64,000 nucleotides of DNA from Takakia lepidozioides (lineage: Eukaryota > Plantae > Bryophyta): assembly GCA_030704615.1 (NCBI GenBank), contig CM060733.1:6262001-6326000 (forward strand), in the 5' to 3' direction. The translations under genes were made by a program, and so were the position numbers. Of the stretch, positions 25,353-38,827 are shown piece after piece. The number at the start of each line of letters is the position of its first letter. The first letter of the stretch is position 1. Under the pieces are notes generated by a model. It saw only the letters and a list, made by a program, of their open reading frames with translations, did no database searches and was not told the origin of the DNA.

Positions 25353-27882
25353 GGATGGACTCTTTTTCCTTCTCTTTTGGATAATGAGGAAACTTTTTGA
25401 AATAATCAGCTAGATGGCAATATATTCATTCGCCCAATGTTGTGATCTACTATTTTTGATAGGGCACAAAAGGTAGGGTTGTACTGTTTTACCCATTTGA
25501 AGTAAAGAGCTGTGATTAGGTTTAGTTTAGTGGCTGGACAGATGAGGTCTTTTCCCTTTCAATGATGGAATAGATGTTTCTTTCTAGCCATCAGAGGAAA
25601 GGCATCAGAGTTTACTAGGTCTACTATGAGGATTATAGTTTAGGTGTAGGGATGGAATTATGTCTAATCACTGTGTAAAATTATTTTGGTGCACATGGTT
25701 CAAAGAAACTGCTATCGAAGCAGAATCATGAACAAAGAAAGAGAGGTAGCTGAGGTCCCAATCTTGGCTGAATAAGAGTCTGCAACAAAAAATCAGGTGC
25801 AATGCACACTACTCATGTTGATGTTCCCTCGGGTATGGTGGAATTTGGTACCTTGACAAGAATGTTGCATGTTGCATGTTCTGTTAAATAGTGAATATGT
25901 GGAAAAAATGGGAAAGGATGTGCATGGTTATACATGGACTATACCGCAAATGAAACTTTTTTGGAGCTTAAACCATAATCGTGGGTATGATTTTTCTTAA
26001 ATCATTATCCGGGGGTATTACCTGGCCAATTCCTGCCTGGTGCCACCCCAATACCCGTCCAAAAATCAGGAACTGGGCGCATACCCAGACCTTAGCAATG
26101 GATGGACATATCTCTATTACCTGTAACCGTCGGTAATCTGAATCCACTAGTTTTGAAATAATGGACCAGAATCCACTAGTTGGTGCATATTTTGGATTGT
26201 CCCAACCTAAAGCGTTTTATATTTGTTTGTTGAGCATGATCAAACTCGATACGTATACACCATTTGTACATGGCCATGAAACAAAGTCCCTCCTCTTTCC
26301 AGTGAACAAACACCTGAGACACATTCTGTTAGTAGAACATTCACCGCTGCAGGCCACATGGCAAGGCACTGCGGCGGCGGGCGGACCAGCGATCCATGTG
26401 ACTTACCGTTGGGTAAACCAACGATTCTAAATGAGGGAAGGATGGCCCTTGAGGACGGTGAAAAATTAACCCCTTTTCCGATAAGCCATTGGGCACCCAA
26501 GAGTGAACATCATCCCAGACCAATCGGTCACGAAACAAATCATACCCACAAGTCAGGGTGACACAAGCGCAGTTATCCCAGCCGCAGGTTAAACAAGCGG
26601 CTAGTTGCGTAATGGCTCCACCCTAAAACTTCTAAGTATAAAATCTCTTTAAAATGTTATCTTAAAATAAAATAATCACATATTTATGCTACATTTTAAA
26701 CATGATTTGCGTAAAAGAAAAATTTATTTATTTACTTCTTCATAAAGCTGGGGATAGAGGCCCTAGTAGAACTTATTGATGTATGAATTAAATATTGATG
26801 TATGATATTACAAAACTGATCTTTCGATTTACTAATCATTAAAATATTAAAATGCTTGTTGAAATATTAACTGTAATATTGAAATACTTGTGGAAGAATT
26901 AGCTGAGATACTGAAATACTTGCTGAAAAACTCGCTGAAATATTAAAATACTTGCTGAAAATCTTGATTGAAATATTGAAATATTGAAATCTTGATGTAC
27001 TGAAATATTGCACTTCACATGCACGGCAACAGACAAGGGGAAAGAGCATGAACAGGGAAGAATGGGCACTCATCACCACAGGAGGCTTACCAGGAATAGT
27101 AAAAAGAAAAAAAGAAAAACAACTTCATTAAACTAAGAGAAATGAAATGAAATTAAAGTGAGAGAAAGAGAGGAAGAATAGAGCGATTCTATTTGTGACT
27201 GGAAGATCAAAGCACTTAGGGGATGAAAAACAAGGCAGAAAAGAACAGGTGCTGACGTTTACCTCAGGTTCTGGCAAGATGTTAGGTTTCTTGCTTTACA
27301 ATTCACTAAGTGTGTGAAACCCTGCAAAGCTTTATTTACACTAAGTGGAAAACCAAGAAGCCACTCCGGGTTCGCTCTGCAATAAATTGTGCACGGAGTC
27401 AGAATACGTACGAATGACTTTCTTGAGCAAGAGATGCAAGAGAAAAGAACTCACTAAACATTCTGCCCGAGCTGGCTATGGCATAGTGCCGGCAAGGTAC
27501 ATAAGACCCATTCTGACTTGCGTGCAAAACCAACTAGAGAATCAAGAGTTAGAGAAAAGAGACCTGTCAGGGACGACCGCTGGGTCAGCAACAGCCTTCC
27601 GGATAATGGCACTCAGAGGTGCGTTCTCTCGCAGGCTCCTTGCTCACCACAGGTTCGCTGGCGCAGTTTACTCCATGTGTAGACACAGACCCCACCAAAG
27701 ACTAAATTGTGCCAAAAGAAAATGAAGGTGCTGTTACATCTGGTGAAGTATGCCAGTGTCTTTTGGAACCCTCACGAGAAGCCAGTGGAAAAGGGTGTAT
27801 GCAATTGCTCGCATATAGCAAAACATCTCTAGAGCTTGCTCTAGGTGATTTTGAAAAGGTCGCCACGCTCACCTTCCAATAA

Positions 27883-27930
27883 GGACCCTCGATAGAAAGA
27901 GATGGTGGACCCTCGATAGAAAGAGATGGT
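27883..27930. repeat. 2x24-bp perfect tandem duplication
   Basis: ggaccctcgatagaaagagatggt occurs twice. Confidence 0.9.
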
Positions 27931-28049
27931 TCAGAGCAACTTTACTGACCATAGATTGTTGCACCTAGATTTGTTCTAGGAAACACTCAACTCAGGTTAT
28001 CACACTAGTTCCTATGCTGAATTGCGTCTGCTACTCTCTGTAATCTAAC

Positions 28050-28455
28050 AGGCATTCACCGGTTTGCCTTGGTTGTCCCACCATTGACTGGGATCAGAAA
28101 AGTATTCATTCCACAGCTACTCCTCATCTCTGTTACGTGTTTTTGGATACTTTCCTGTTGTCACGTTGGCGGTATCATGTCAAAGTCACTCCAAACTATC
28201 AAAGACTCACTCAACCAGCTAACTTGCAGAACTCAACATGGAATTTGAGGGCCGATTATGATAAGAGCGAAAAACAGGGTGAAATGTGTTGAAGAAGGTA
28301 CCTTCATTAGCAGTGCCTGATTTTATCAATTGTGCCGCTGCTGCTGCGACTTCCAGTTGACCATCTACCAATGCAGGTTTCTTGTAGCTATGGATCCACA
28401 GGGAATCATAGGTAATCTTTAGCTTGAAATTCGGCCCTCTTGGATGAGCCAAACG
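28050..28455 (-). pseudogene. Relic of an OSB-type (organellar ssDNA-binding) PDF-motif protein
   Basis: One frame gives HPRGPNFKLKITYDSLWIHSYKKPALVDGQL and later EE*LWNEYFSDPSQWWDNQGKPVN. These are the two halves of the OSB repeat LW..FF.NP..WWDNR..K.NP..PDFKHK.T...LW. Several in-frame stops. Confidence 0.7.
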
Positions 28456-28770
28456 CTACACCTGCTCCTTAAGCTATCCATGCTCTACACAAACCTTGCT
28501 GCTAGCATCCTTGCCTTACCGCAGTCCTCTCTCCATCTCCTTGACATTCTAGGGTAATTGAACGCCACGGATGACGTCCATTCAACGAACTTCATCAGTA
28601 CAAGGGATTTCGTCATCCATTTCGACCCGTGTCCTTCTGTCCAAAAATAGATGAAACTCCGCATAAAACATCCAATATTTTGTACTTATGCCACCTTTTG
28701 GTGGTTTCATTTTTGGGTCTTATCCAATCAAGGTACATTCCAGTTAGCATTTAAGTGGGGGAATTATGTG

Positions 28771-28980
28771 CTTCATGTAGGTACTCTCTAGTGGAGGTAG
28801 GGTAACTTCATGTAGGTACTCTCTAGTGGAGGTAGGGTAACTTCATGTAGGTACTCTCTAGTGGAGGTAGGGTAACTTCATGTAGGTACTCTCTAGTGGA
28901 GGTAGGGTAACTTCATGTAGGTACTCTCTAGTGGAGGTAGGGTAACTTCATGTAGGTACTCTCTAGTGGAGGTAGGGTAA
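28771..28980. repeat. Perfect tandem array, 6 x 35 bp
   Basis: cttcatgtaggtactctctagtggaggtagggtaa at 28771, 28806, 28841, 28876, 28911 and 28946, with no spacers. Confidence 0.98.
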
Positions 28981-29349
28981 CTGTACCTATCATTGCTGCA
29001 TTTGCCTCCACAGCCGCTCATGTGGTAACAGGAAAGCAACCACATTGCTTGAGGTAGTGGTGCACAACAGACTTCATTTGGTGTCCCCCCCTGTCCTCTA
29101 CTTTATGCACCCTCAACTAGTGAATCAAATAAATTGTGGTCTGTGACATAGGTATATGTCGACCTAATATTTAGTGGTCGACCAGGAGGCTTGAGAGAGG
29201 GAGAAGGAGAGGGTTTGAAGAAACACACGCAAGAGAGAAGGCAGACAAGGTAACGCAATGTTACGTCCACAAGAATCCAACGCGAGAGAGAGAGGGAGAG
29301 AGAGAGAATAAGGTGAGGCACGGTCTGGAGAGCAGCGCAGGAGGGAGAG

Positions 29350-32300
29350 ATGAATGGAAATGAGTTTAGGTTCTTCTTGTCATGTGACATCAATTTGCCA
29401 GTCACATTCCGTGTTGAAGCTCTTGATGGAGACCTGCCCTCCACTCCTCCTTCAGGTTTGTCACACCTTCTCATTCTCGCTGTTCTCCAAGGATGTGGGA
29501 TGCATGGATCGATTTCTATTTTATGTCCACCGTTTGCTTATAACATTCGATTAGCTATATCTCGGAGACGTTTGAATTAGGATACCAATTGGTATGGTGG
29601 AACAGAGCTGAAACCTCCAGTGTACGTATCTGGTGCCACATCTGTGGGCTCATGCACTTGTCAGCTTAACTAATCCAAGTAGGAAGTTGTCTGATTATAA
29701 CACAAGGTTTCATCAATCAATTTTGGTGATACCGTAGAGCTACTGGTCTCTGAGAAGATGTCTGCTCTCGAACATCAAACTTAAAGACTAGATTGGATCT
29801 TTATAGAATACCAGAATCACTGCATTTTTATATTTCTGTAGAAGCTGGTCATATGGGTCAAAACACATGAAGGTTTGAGTAGATTTCGTACCGAGGTTTA
29901 ATTTCAGTCCCCCCCCCCCACACACCTCCACAATGCTCTAAAGCGATGTGAAACCACCCTTGGAGAAGAATGAACACAGTTTATGTAGGTTGAAAGTAGT
30001 ACGTTGGAAGCATTTCATGGAAAGCGAAATATTTGACCAGAACCGCCCAAATACTTCTGCAACCTTAGTATGTTCCCTTTGGTCCTGTATTTTTCCCATC
30101 TGCATCTGGCATATGCTTATGGCACATCTCTGGGATGGTGTCAGGGCTTAGGGTTTAGAAGGAAGATGTCATCTGAGGCTCTGCATTCATGTACAATTTG
30201 TGGCCCCATGTGAAAAGTTAAAGCACAGCACCAAGTTCCTCTTGATTTGATGGTAATCAACCGAATGTACTCGTCAGTCCATGTATACCACATTCATAGC
30301 CACTTGGCTCATGCACAGGTATAGGCATGCGGGCTGCTGAGCTCCTCACTCATGCCTTAGTCACCCTCCATCCTGCCATTGCCTGTTGTGATATGGTCTA
30401 TAATTACCAATGTTGAGGAACTCAGATTTGGGCCAAGAGATCAGTCAGACATTGGAATATTTCAGTTGGATTTCTGCTACTGGACAATTGTCAGTCTCTA
30501 AGCTGATTTTTGTATATTATATTTGTGGCAGAGACAACAAATGGTACGTGGAAGACCATGCCAGAGCTCTATGTAGAGTGCTCCCTTTACATTGACGGTG
30601 TCCTCTTTGGTCTCCCCACACGGACGAGGCAAGTTTGAAACTTTTCCCTTCTCGAAACTTATGGAAAGAGTGGGCTGGATGTAGAGGGAAACCAGACATC
30701 TGGAACTGGCCAGCTTAATCTGCAAGCTAATATTCTTGGGGCGCACTCTGGGGCATTGAAGAGACTCTGTAGCAGGAAAGGAGGGAAAACAATTGCTGTC
30801 AAACACTCTAATAATTATGAGGGGTCATGAAAGGTTCTGTTTCTTGAACTCCCCTTCTTTTCTTCCTGTGATCTGATGGTCAGTTCGAGAAATACACGAT
30901 ACAGCTGCCATTCAAATGAGCACTGACTAGTCCAAATTGATACCATGTGAGTGCTCACTGGATGGGAAATCTACTCTTTAGACATGGCTTACTGTAGTTG
31001 TGGCCATGTGTGAGACTCTCTGGACATATATAGTTGGTTCTTCTTGCTCTAGGAAAGTCTTGAACTCCACCATACATTAGCACAGACCCAAGGAGGCTCC
31101 TTAAGCAAGCGAGAGAGGAGAGAAGGGGAGTATGGGAACCCACCAGTAGATGGCTACGTTGAAGACACAGATTCCGCAAAGCTGGAGTATCTCATAATCA
31201 GCAGTACAGAAGTTATCAATTTTTCGAGTTGTATGTGAGAATTGGCATGCGGGGTGGGGGGACCACTGCAGGCTGGCTTCAATTGAAAAACCGTGCCGGT
31301 GGAATGAGCTAGTTACTCTAAGTGCCAAGTATCGTGACTTGACTGCCAATGCACAGCTTGCTCTTACTGTTAAGTTTGTTCATCATTTGTCCTTGTGGGT
31401 GTAGACCTCACATTGTACCTTCCTTGTAGAATGTACTCATAAGACGGTGTTTGCCGTAGAATATCTTCCTTGTAGAGTTGAAGATGTATGAGCAGATGCA
31501 TTCACTCTGGTGTCATACTCCAAGTGGGAGCATATGAATTAAGTCAAACCACCTTGGAATGCCCTGGAAGATCTCCATAGCTGATGCATCTGACTCTGTG
31601 AATTTATGTCTTGGTTAGGGCTTGGGTGTATGTACCAGTTGTCCATCCATCTGCAAGCAGTAGTACCCCAGTGTACTGGGATCAAGTGAGAAAGACAGTA
31701 ATGAGAGGAAAGTAGGGATCACAGTCTATTCTTGGACATGCCGACTCGAAGAAACTAGAAAAGGTGTGATTGAGCGGCATACTGGGCAGCGGTGCAGGGT
31801 TAGTGAGCAATAATGAATTTTCAGAGCTGTAGATCATTACTATAACTATATCCTTTACCTTGCTGGCTTTTTTTAAAAGCAGGTTTGGGATGTTTCCCAT
31901 CCAAGGCAAGAAGTGGCTGTAGGTGGGGCCACTCTTGGCCTATTTAGCAGCAAGAAACAGTTGAAGACTGGCAAGCAGAAGCTGCGGTTGTGGCGTGGCC
32001 GAGAAGCGGATGGTTCAGTGCCTACCAGTACTCCAGGCAAGGTGTGTGGCAATTCTGTATATCAACCACACGTTTATTAGACCTCTGTTGGTGTTGGTAG
32101 TGGATTGTATTTGACACAAAGGTTCTCATCAACTGCCACCAGGGTATGCAAGTGGTGGTCAGCATAGCCAATGATCATCCAGTCACAGGGGATTAAGTGC
32201 TGCTATAAAGGCTTGCAGTTCCATCATACTGAAGAGGACGACAGTTGAACTAAGCTCTACCACTCTAGCCTTTTGTGCCTCTAGTATGGAAGCTGCTCTT

Positions 32301-35300
32301 GTCAAAGGGTGATGGGCCTCAGGTGCCCGAAGTGTCTAGCAGATACTGCAGTGGTGAGGCCATTGTGGTCCCACTTACGTGATCCTTGGTTGAAATCTAC
32401 CTAGGCTTATGCTTGAGCTCACCCATGTAATCAACCTACTTGAATGGTTTCACTGCGTAAGCTGATCATCAAATGGTCAGGCCTTTGCCTTCCAGTATTA
32501 GTAAGTGGAAATCAGGACTACCTCCGCAAATCTGGCGGCAACCAACAATCACCACTTAAGTCACTTTTCTTCAGGTGCCCAAGCATGAACGAGGGGAGGT
32601 GGAACGCCTGGAGAAGCTTATGAACAAGTTTGAAAGGGGCCAGGTGGCACATATTGAGTGGTTGGATCGCCTAACGTTCAAGGCTATTGAAAGGATCAAG
32701 GATGAAGAGAGCAAGCGAAATGGCAGCACCCATATCCATCTTATTGTGGACCTTCGCACATTTGAGCATCCAGTAGCCTTTCAGGTTCTTTCATGCACTT
32801 AGAATCACTGATTTGCTGATGCTTTGCGCATAGTCTTTGCGAGAAAGAATTGGAAACACGTTCTTCAAGTACTCCAGATAGGTTGAAAAGCTTGACTCCA
32901 TCATGGAATGGGTGGTCTGATGAACAATTTGTGTTCCACCTGTATGATGAGAAATCATTCTAATCAAGTGATACTCCAAATGCAGGAGCTTGGTGCAAAC
33001 CTGTTAATGCAATCACCCATTTCTCCCTCAAATGAACTAGTGATTGTTTGGGATCCGGAGGTTGGCCGACAAAACCCATCCGAAAACAAGCAGCTGAAGC
33101 TTGCTCGCAGTGTAACGCGTGGTGTGATTGATCGTGATCTAAAGCCCAATTCTAATGAGCGGAAGTAATACTCTCTTTCCCCTCTCTAGCTCGGCTTCTA
33201 GTAGCTTCATAAAGACAGTTTTCGAAGGTCTATGTTTAAGTGGGCTTTTTTTCTTGCCTCCTCCCTTAGTAAGCTAGTTCTGATAGAAATCTCTTTTCAC
33301 CTTGGTTGCTGAGACTTGGTGATGAACAGCCTATCTCTCTCACTCTCTCCCTTTCTCTATAAAAGTGAAATCAATAACTCTTCAACCGGCCTGTTGAGTT
33401 TGCCTGTGGACAAGTGCCTCTGTGAGCACCTTAATGGCAGTTGCGGGAAAATAAGTTTATACCTGCAGCTTAGCTGCGGGGATAAGTTAAACCCTGGTGT
33501 CCACAAAGGCTCCTGGAGGGTTAGTCCCCCACGGGGTCAATGGCCTTAAGGTTATGGCAAGCCAACATTCACAGGGAACGGCATGAGTACATTCTCTTCC
33601 TTTCTCTTTGTTGTGTTCTTGTCAGCACAGTGCAGCAGCATTTATCGTCTTTTGGTTCCTATTTGCAGGGAGATCCAGAAGATCCTCAAGCATCCCCCGA
33701 CACGAAGCCTTAGTGGAGAGGAGAGACAGCTGTTATGGAAGTTCCGGTTTTCTCTCATGTCTGAGAAGCGTGCCCTCACCAAATTTCTTCGCTGTGTTGA
33801 CTGGATTGACGCCCAGGTCAGTTTCGACACCAAGTGCTTGTATGCTGTGTAAGCTGCAAGGAAAATGCTACCGTTTCGTCAGGGATGGGGCCTGGAGGGT
33901 GTTGCACTTGACCCTGTCTGGATGGTTTGTTATCTTTGTTGTAGTAGACAATTTTCTGTGGGACTCCATCAGCTAAAGTGCCTTGGGCTTTATCTCTACC
34001 CTGACAGGAAGCAAAACAAGCAGTTGATCTAATGAGACGATGGGCACCCATTGATATAGCAGATGCTCTGGAGCTTCTTTCTCCCGTTTTTGAAAGTGAA
34101 GAGGTAGAGGTCTCTTCTCCATGTTTGTTTTTGTCCATTCAATGTTCAAAATTTAGCACTGCAAGGTCAACATTGTATCATATCTTCAAGATCATTCTAA
34201 CAGACATATTTTAGGGGAAGGTGGTTCTGGATTGTGCTGTCAGTAACAGACATCTTCTTCCTCTCTCCCTCTCTTTCAACCAATGGATTTAACAAGAATT
34301 TGTTGAATGGATTTTTTGTGTAGGTTCGCGGACATGCCGTGACAGTGCTAGAGGGAGCTGAGGATGAAGAGCTTCAATGCTACTTACTTCAGCTGGTCCA
34401 GGCCCTTCGCTTTGAACGTTCTGACAAGTCCCGCCTCGCCTGTTTTCTTGTGAAGAGAGGTGCCCCCTTCATCTTGGCCACATAGCTTGTTTTGATGTAT
34501 ACTGTGTATGTTTCCTTGTGCATACATCCCCACTACTTGACAGACGCTCATTAGACTTGGTTTGTTGTAGCCTCATGGGCATAGCCTTCGCATCCAGTTT
34601 GAGGGCAGCATATTACGGGGTGGAGTGGATAGGAGGAGAGGAGAGGAGACGTGGGCAACAATTGTGGTGGGATGCTCTCTCTAACTGTGAAACCTACCTA
34701 CCAAAATGAAGTTGACCCTGGCCAACCATATTTTCCATGGAAATTTCTTCAGTAAACATAGTGGGAAGAGGTGCAGGGTTAAGAGGAGAGCTGTGGCAGT
34801 TGAGATACCTAATTGTGCTTGTACAACTGCAGCTATACAGAAATTTGAACTTGCCAGCTTTCTTCGATGGTATGTCACGGTGGAGCTCCATGACCCTGGT
34901 TATGCTAAAAGATTCTATTCCATCTATGAGATCTTTGAAGACAGCATGACAAAGGTTTGTCAACGTTCCCTTCCTGCATTGTATGGGCAAAGGAGCTTGT
35001 CATGTCGTCTAGTGGTTATGGAGCTGCTGCACCAATGTATCTGGTCTAGGGGTCAACAGGGCTTTGTTGGAGATGTGGTACTCCCAGCTTGCCAAACTGG
35101 GTACTTGGCTCTTCTGAGTCTTTAGGGGAATACTTTGGCAAAGAAGATCATCCATTGGGCTTAGCAATTGGCCATCAGAGAATTGGCCGTCTGTCTAGTT
35201 GAACAGGGCCATGCGAGTTTTGTAATGCCATAGCAAAGTTTTTTCTCAGATGGGAAGGGGTGGTCATCTAGTTACGGAGGGCATAGAAGGTTCAGCCTAG

Positions 35301-38300
35301 TAATGACCTTCTTTGTTTCCAAGATTGGCGGTAGCAGATTGGTTTGATTTCATGTGCATTGGTCTGCCTTCCGTTTCACAGGCAAGGCTTGCGAGCAAAG
35401 AGGATGACGAAGAGGGGGAGAAGATGTGGCAGTGTTTGGTTCACCAAACAGAGCTCACAGCACAAATTTGTACCATTATGCGTGATGTTAAAAATGTAAG
35501 GGGCGGAACTCAAAAGAAAATTGAGAAGCTTCGGCAACTACTTTCTGGTCTTCTCAGTGAACTCACATATTTTGATGAGGTGAGTCACCTTTCATCTTCT
35601 CGTCCTCACAATGGTCTTAATGGCCTCCGCCTTGTAGTCTCTTGGTAGGTTATTATGCTCTCAATGCTACACAGAGCACAGTCAATACATACTTTGTACT
35701 GAAATATTGTGGTCCAGTATCCTGGTACGTGGGTAGTTACTGGTTGTACTCACCCCTACTTATTGTAGTTTAATTGCTGATAATGGCAAGGTTGAGGTGT
35801 AGTTTCAATGTTCCGCAGGATGTGTCCCACCTTCAGGTTTTTTTTCCTTGTGGGTGGACAGCCTATACCTCTGCCTCTGGACCCTCACACAATGATCACC
35901 GGTATCATTCCCTCTGAGTCCTCAATCTTCAAGAGCGCCCTGCATCCCCTGCGCCTGACATTTCGCACGGAAGGTGGTGGGAAGTGCAAAATCATATTCA
36001 AGAAAGGAGATGATCTGCGGCAAGACCAGCTGGTTTGTGGCCTCTCCTATCAGTTTGGTTAGTTTGTTTCCTAGGGATTTACAAACTGGAATTACATATA
36101 TGTATGTTCCTTCTGCCCTAGCATATAGTCAGGGTAGGGGCAAAAATCCAGGGGTTTAAGAACAATCTTATCTGAATATATGAGGAGGTTTAGCACGAAC
36201 ACATTTACATACATCCTTCTGGTACAGTGACATGAATGTGGATGGGTATCAATATGGGTGTATGCAGGTCATTCAAATGGTATCACTGATGGATAGGTTG
36301 CTCAAACTTGAGAATCTGGATCTACAACTCACACCGTACCGCGTCCTGGCCACTGCACAAGATGAGGGCATGGTGGAGTTTGTCCCATCCACATCACTTG
36401 CTCAAGTAATTTCTAATTTCTAATATCATTTGAATGTTTTTATCACCATCGTGAAATTAAGCTGTGTTACTGGGGCTTGTCAAGTTTCTGAAACCTGAAT
36501 GTGGACGACTGAACTAGTGCTGGAACTGCAGGTATTGGCAGAGTATAAGACGATTGTGAGCTATTTTCAGCAGTTCCATCCTGATGAAGATGGGCCTTTC
36601 GGCATAACTGCTGCCTGCCTAGATACATTTGTAAAGAGTTGTGCAGGCTACTGTGTTATTATGTACATCCTGGGAATTGGAGACAGGTATGTGATCCTTC
36701 ATTATGCTCTGTTTGTCTTTATTTGCTCATTTGAAGGGAATGGTGAAATTGTGGCTTTCCTTGGATCTGACTTCAGTTTAATTTGTATCACATTGATGCT
36801 ATATTCTGAAGATCATATGTAGAGAAAATATGCACAACCGCCTGCAGTTGCTAAGGTAGGTCCATGCTGTCCTAGATGCTCGTATTACTCCCTCTGCTTC
36901 TCTGTGCACCCTTTCTTGTTGGGTCTATCAGTGAAGTGGTCTTGTGGTATGCCATTATGAAATTATATTTTCTCGCATTGTAACATATCTTGGTGTTCAT
37001 CTTATGTACTGTATGTGTGGTCCCGGGGTCACATTAGAGATGGTATTTAAGTAGGTTATTTTTCTGGGTACTAAGAAGAGTTTCTCATGTGCTTTGACAC
37101 CAATATGGATGACCTATGTATCAGTTCATTACCATATGTATATTGAGGACCTCTATCCGAGAGTGTGTAAATGTATATCTGATGCACAGATATAAGTGGT
37201 CTCCCCATTTCAGTGGATTATATGTGAGGCCAAGAAGCATTTCACTGTAGCTGTCAGCAGTGTTGATGGTTCTTGTGAATGTGTTGCAGGCATTTAGATA
37301 ATCTGCTTCTTACAGAGGATGGCAGACTCTTCCACATAGATTTTGGCTTCATATTGGGGCGTGATCCCAAGCCCTTCCCACCGCCCATGAAATTGTGTAA
37401 GGAGATGGTGGAGGCCATGGGTGGTGCTGAAAGGTATTACATGTTTGTGACTTGCCTGGTTTGTCATCCAAACTAGCGCAGGGTTGTTGTCATAATGCTA
37501 TTGCGAACCCTTCTGACAGGGCAGATCTGCCTCCTTGACCAGGCTATCCTTCTGTTCCACTTGCTCTACCACCTTAGGTTGGTGACTGCATTCATCCGTC
37601 ACTGCTTTTTGTCAGGTACTTTGATCTAAGCCTGTGGGTTTTGCTGGTTGGTTGCATACGAGCAGTCCACACTACAATAAATTCAAATCCTACTGCTGTG
37701 AGGCCTACAACATACTGAGGAAATCCAGCAACCTCATATTGAATCTCTTCCATCTGATGGCTGGTGCCAACATACCAGACATCGCATCCGATCCTGAGAA
37801 AGGAATTCTGAAGGTACTTGGACGTGCTACCTCCTTTTAAGTACAAATCCAATGATTATGGCTCTATTTTGACCTCCTTTCCCGTTGAACTGCTGTCAGC
37901 AGTGTGAAGACAGCATTTACATGGTGGGAGTGCTAGGATAAATATCATGCATGCTTCTTTGGATGATCAACATTCGAACACAGGACCAGAAGGTTGTTGA
38001 TGAGAAATGTGGGAATGCTGGAATCAATATCAGGGTTTTTGTTGCATTGTCAGTGTCTTATGTTGAATCAGCATCCAGACCTGGAACTAGATTGTTGCTA
38101 ATCAATCCACAGCACAAATGCCTGATGTGTCCTATGCAACTGAACGATGCCGTGAGAGAAAGCCCTCTGTTGGATTCAAGTCAAGGTACATAGTATGTAC
38201 GGTATTTGCAGGCCTGATGTCAAATGCTTTCCAGAACTCTCACCAACTTGTTCGGGGGTATTTGATATGCTGCAGCTGCAAGAAAAGTTTCGCTTGGACT

Positions 38301-38413
38301 TGGATGATGAGGAAGCAGTGCAGTTTTTCCAGTCTCTGATAACTGATAGTGTGAGTGCGCTCTTTCCCCAAATGGTGGAGACAATTCATCGCTGGGCTCA
38401 ATACTGGCGCTAG
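29350..38413 (+). CDS. VPS34: Class III phosphatidylinositol 3-kinase, about 17 exons
   Basis: [65 protein letters not shown]...[74 protein letters not shown]...[33 protein letters not shown]. Confidence 0.97.
31431..31464 (-). mobile_element. 34-bp 3'-terminal LINE fragment with a 12-bp TSD in VPS34 intron 3
   Basis: atgtactcataagacggtgtttgccgtag is nearly identical to 21486-21514. It is flanked by cttccttgtaga at 31419-31430 and 31465-31476. Confidence 0.8.
33532..33569 (+). mobile_element. 3'-end fragment of a related LINE in a VPS34 intron
   Basis: ggggtcaatggccttaaggttatggcaagccaacat resembles the LINE end agggtcaatggccacaaggctacggcaaacaacat. Confidence 0.55.
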
Positions 38414-38827
38414 TATACGAAAGCTTACATGGATTGCCTGCTGTGCCTGTAAGGCATTGTAAATGTGTGCTATTCAGAATCACGTATGATACGATATATC
38501 ACATTTTGTCACACTTTGTAGGTTTTTGCACATGTTGGGTGTGGTAAAAGATTAGTAGTGATCTTTGGGTATGTGTTGAAGTGACAGAGAGAAAGTGTAC
38601 AGTACCTGCTCCTGTCTTGTGGTAGAGGAAAATATCTCTTTCCTGTTGAATCACATACTTCAAATGTCCGTTGGCCACCCCAGCCTCACTTCCTGCTACA
38701 AGGTGAGAGGGCGCCATGGGTTCTGCAACCTAACCACGGAAGCTGTCATTGCTCACTGCCACTAGAAGCCCACATTCAAAATCACAGCAGAGCCATAGCT
38801 AAGTCACAGCAGCATTATTAATCTCTG

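Noticed and set aside
26000-27010. DNA-transposon ends and GAAATATT-rich short repeats
   Set aside because: Suggestive of TE subterminal sequence, but no matching TIR pair or TSD was found.
450-28455. In-frame stops in the relic genes rescued by U-to-C RNA editing
   Set aside because: Such editing is known only for organellar transcripts. These loci are nuclear and some also carry frameshifts or truncations, so mutational decay is simpler.
28771-28980. CRISPR array (35-bp repeats)
   Set aside because: The units are contiguous with no spacers, there are no cas genes, and the context is eukaryotic. It is a minisatellite.
6037-38413. Functional phosphoinositide/endocytosis gene cluster (hyccin, AP2S, VPS34, GPDH)
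   Set aside because: The genes are interspersed with unrelated ones (TEN1, GCP4) and no shared regulatory signal is visible. Chance adjacency is sufficient unless synteny or co-expression shows otherwise.
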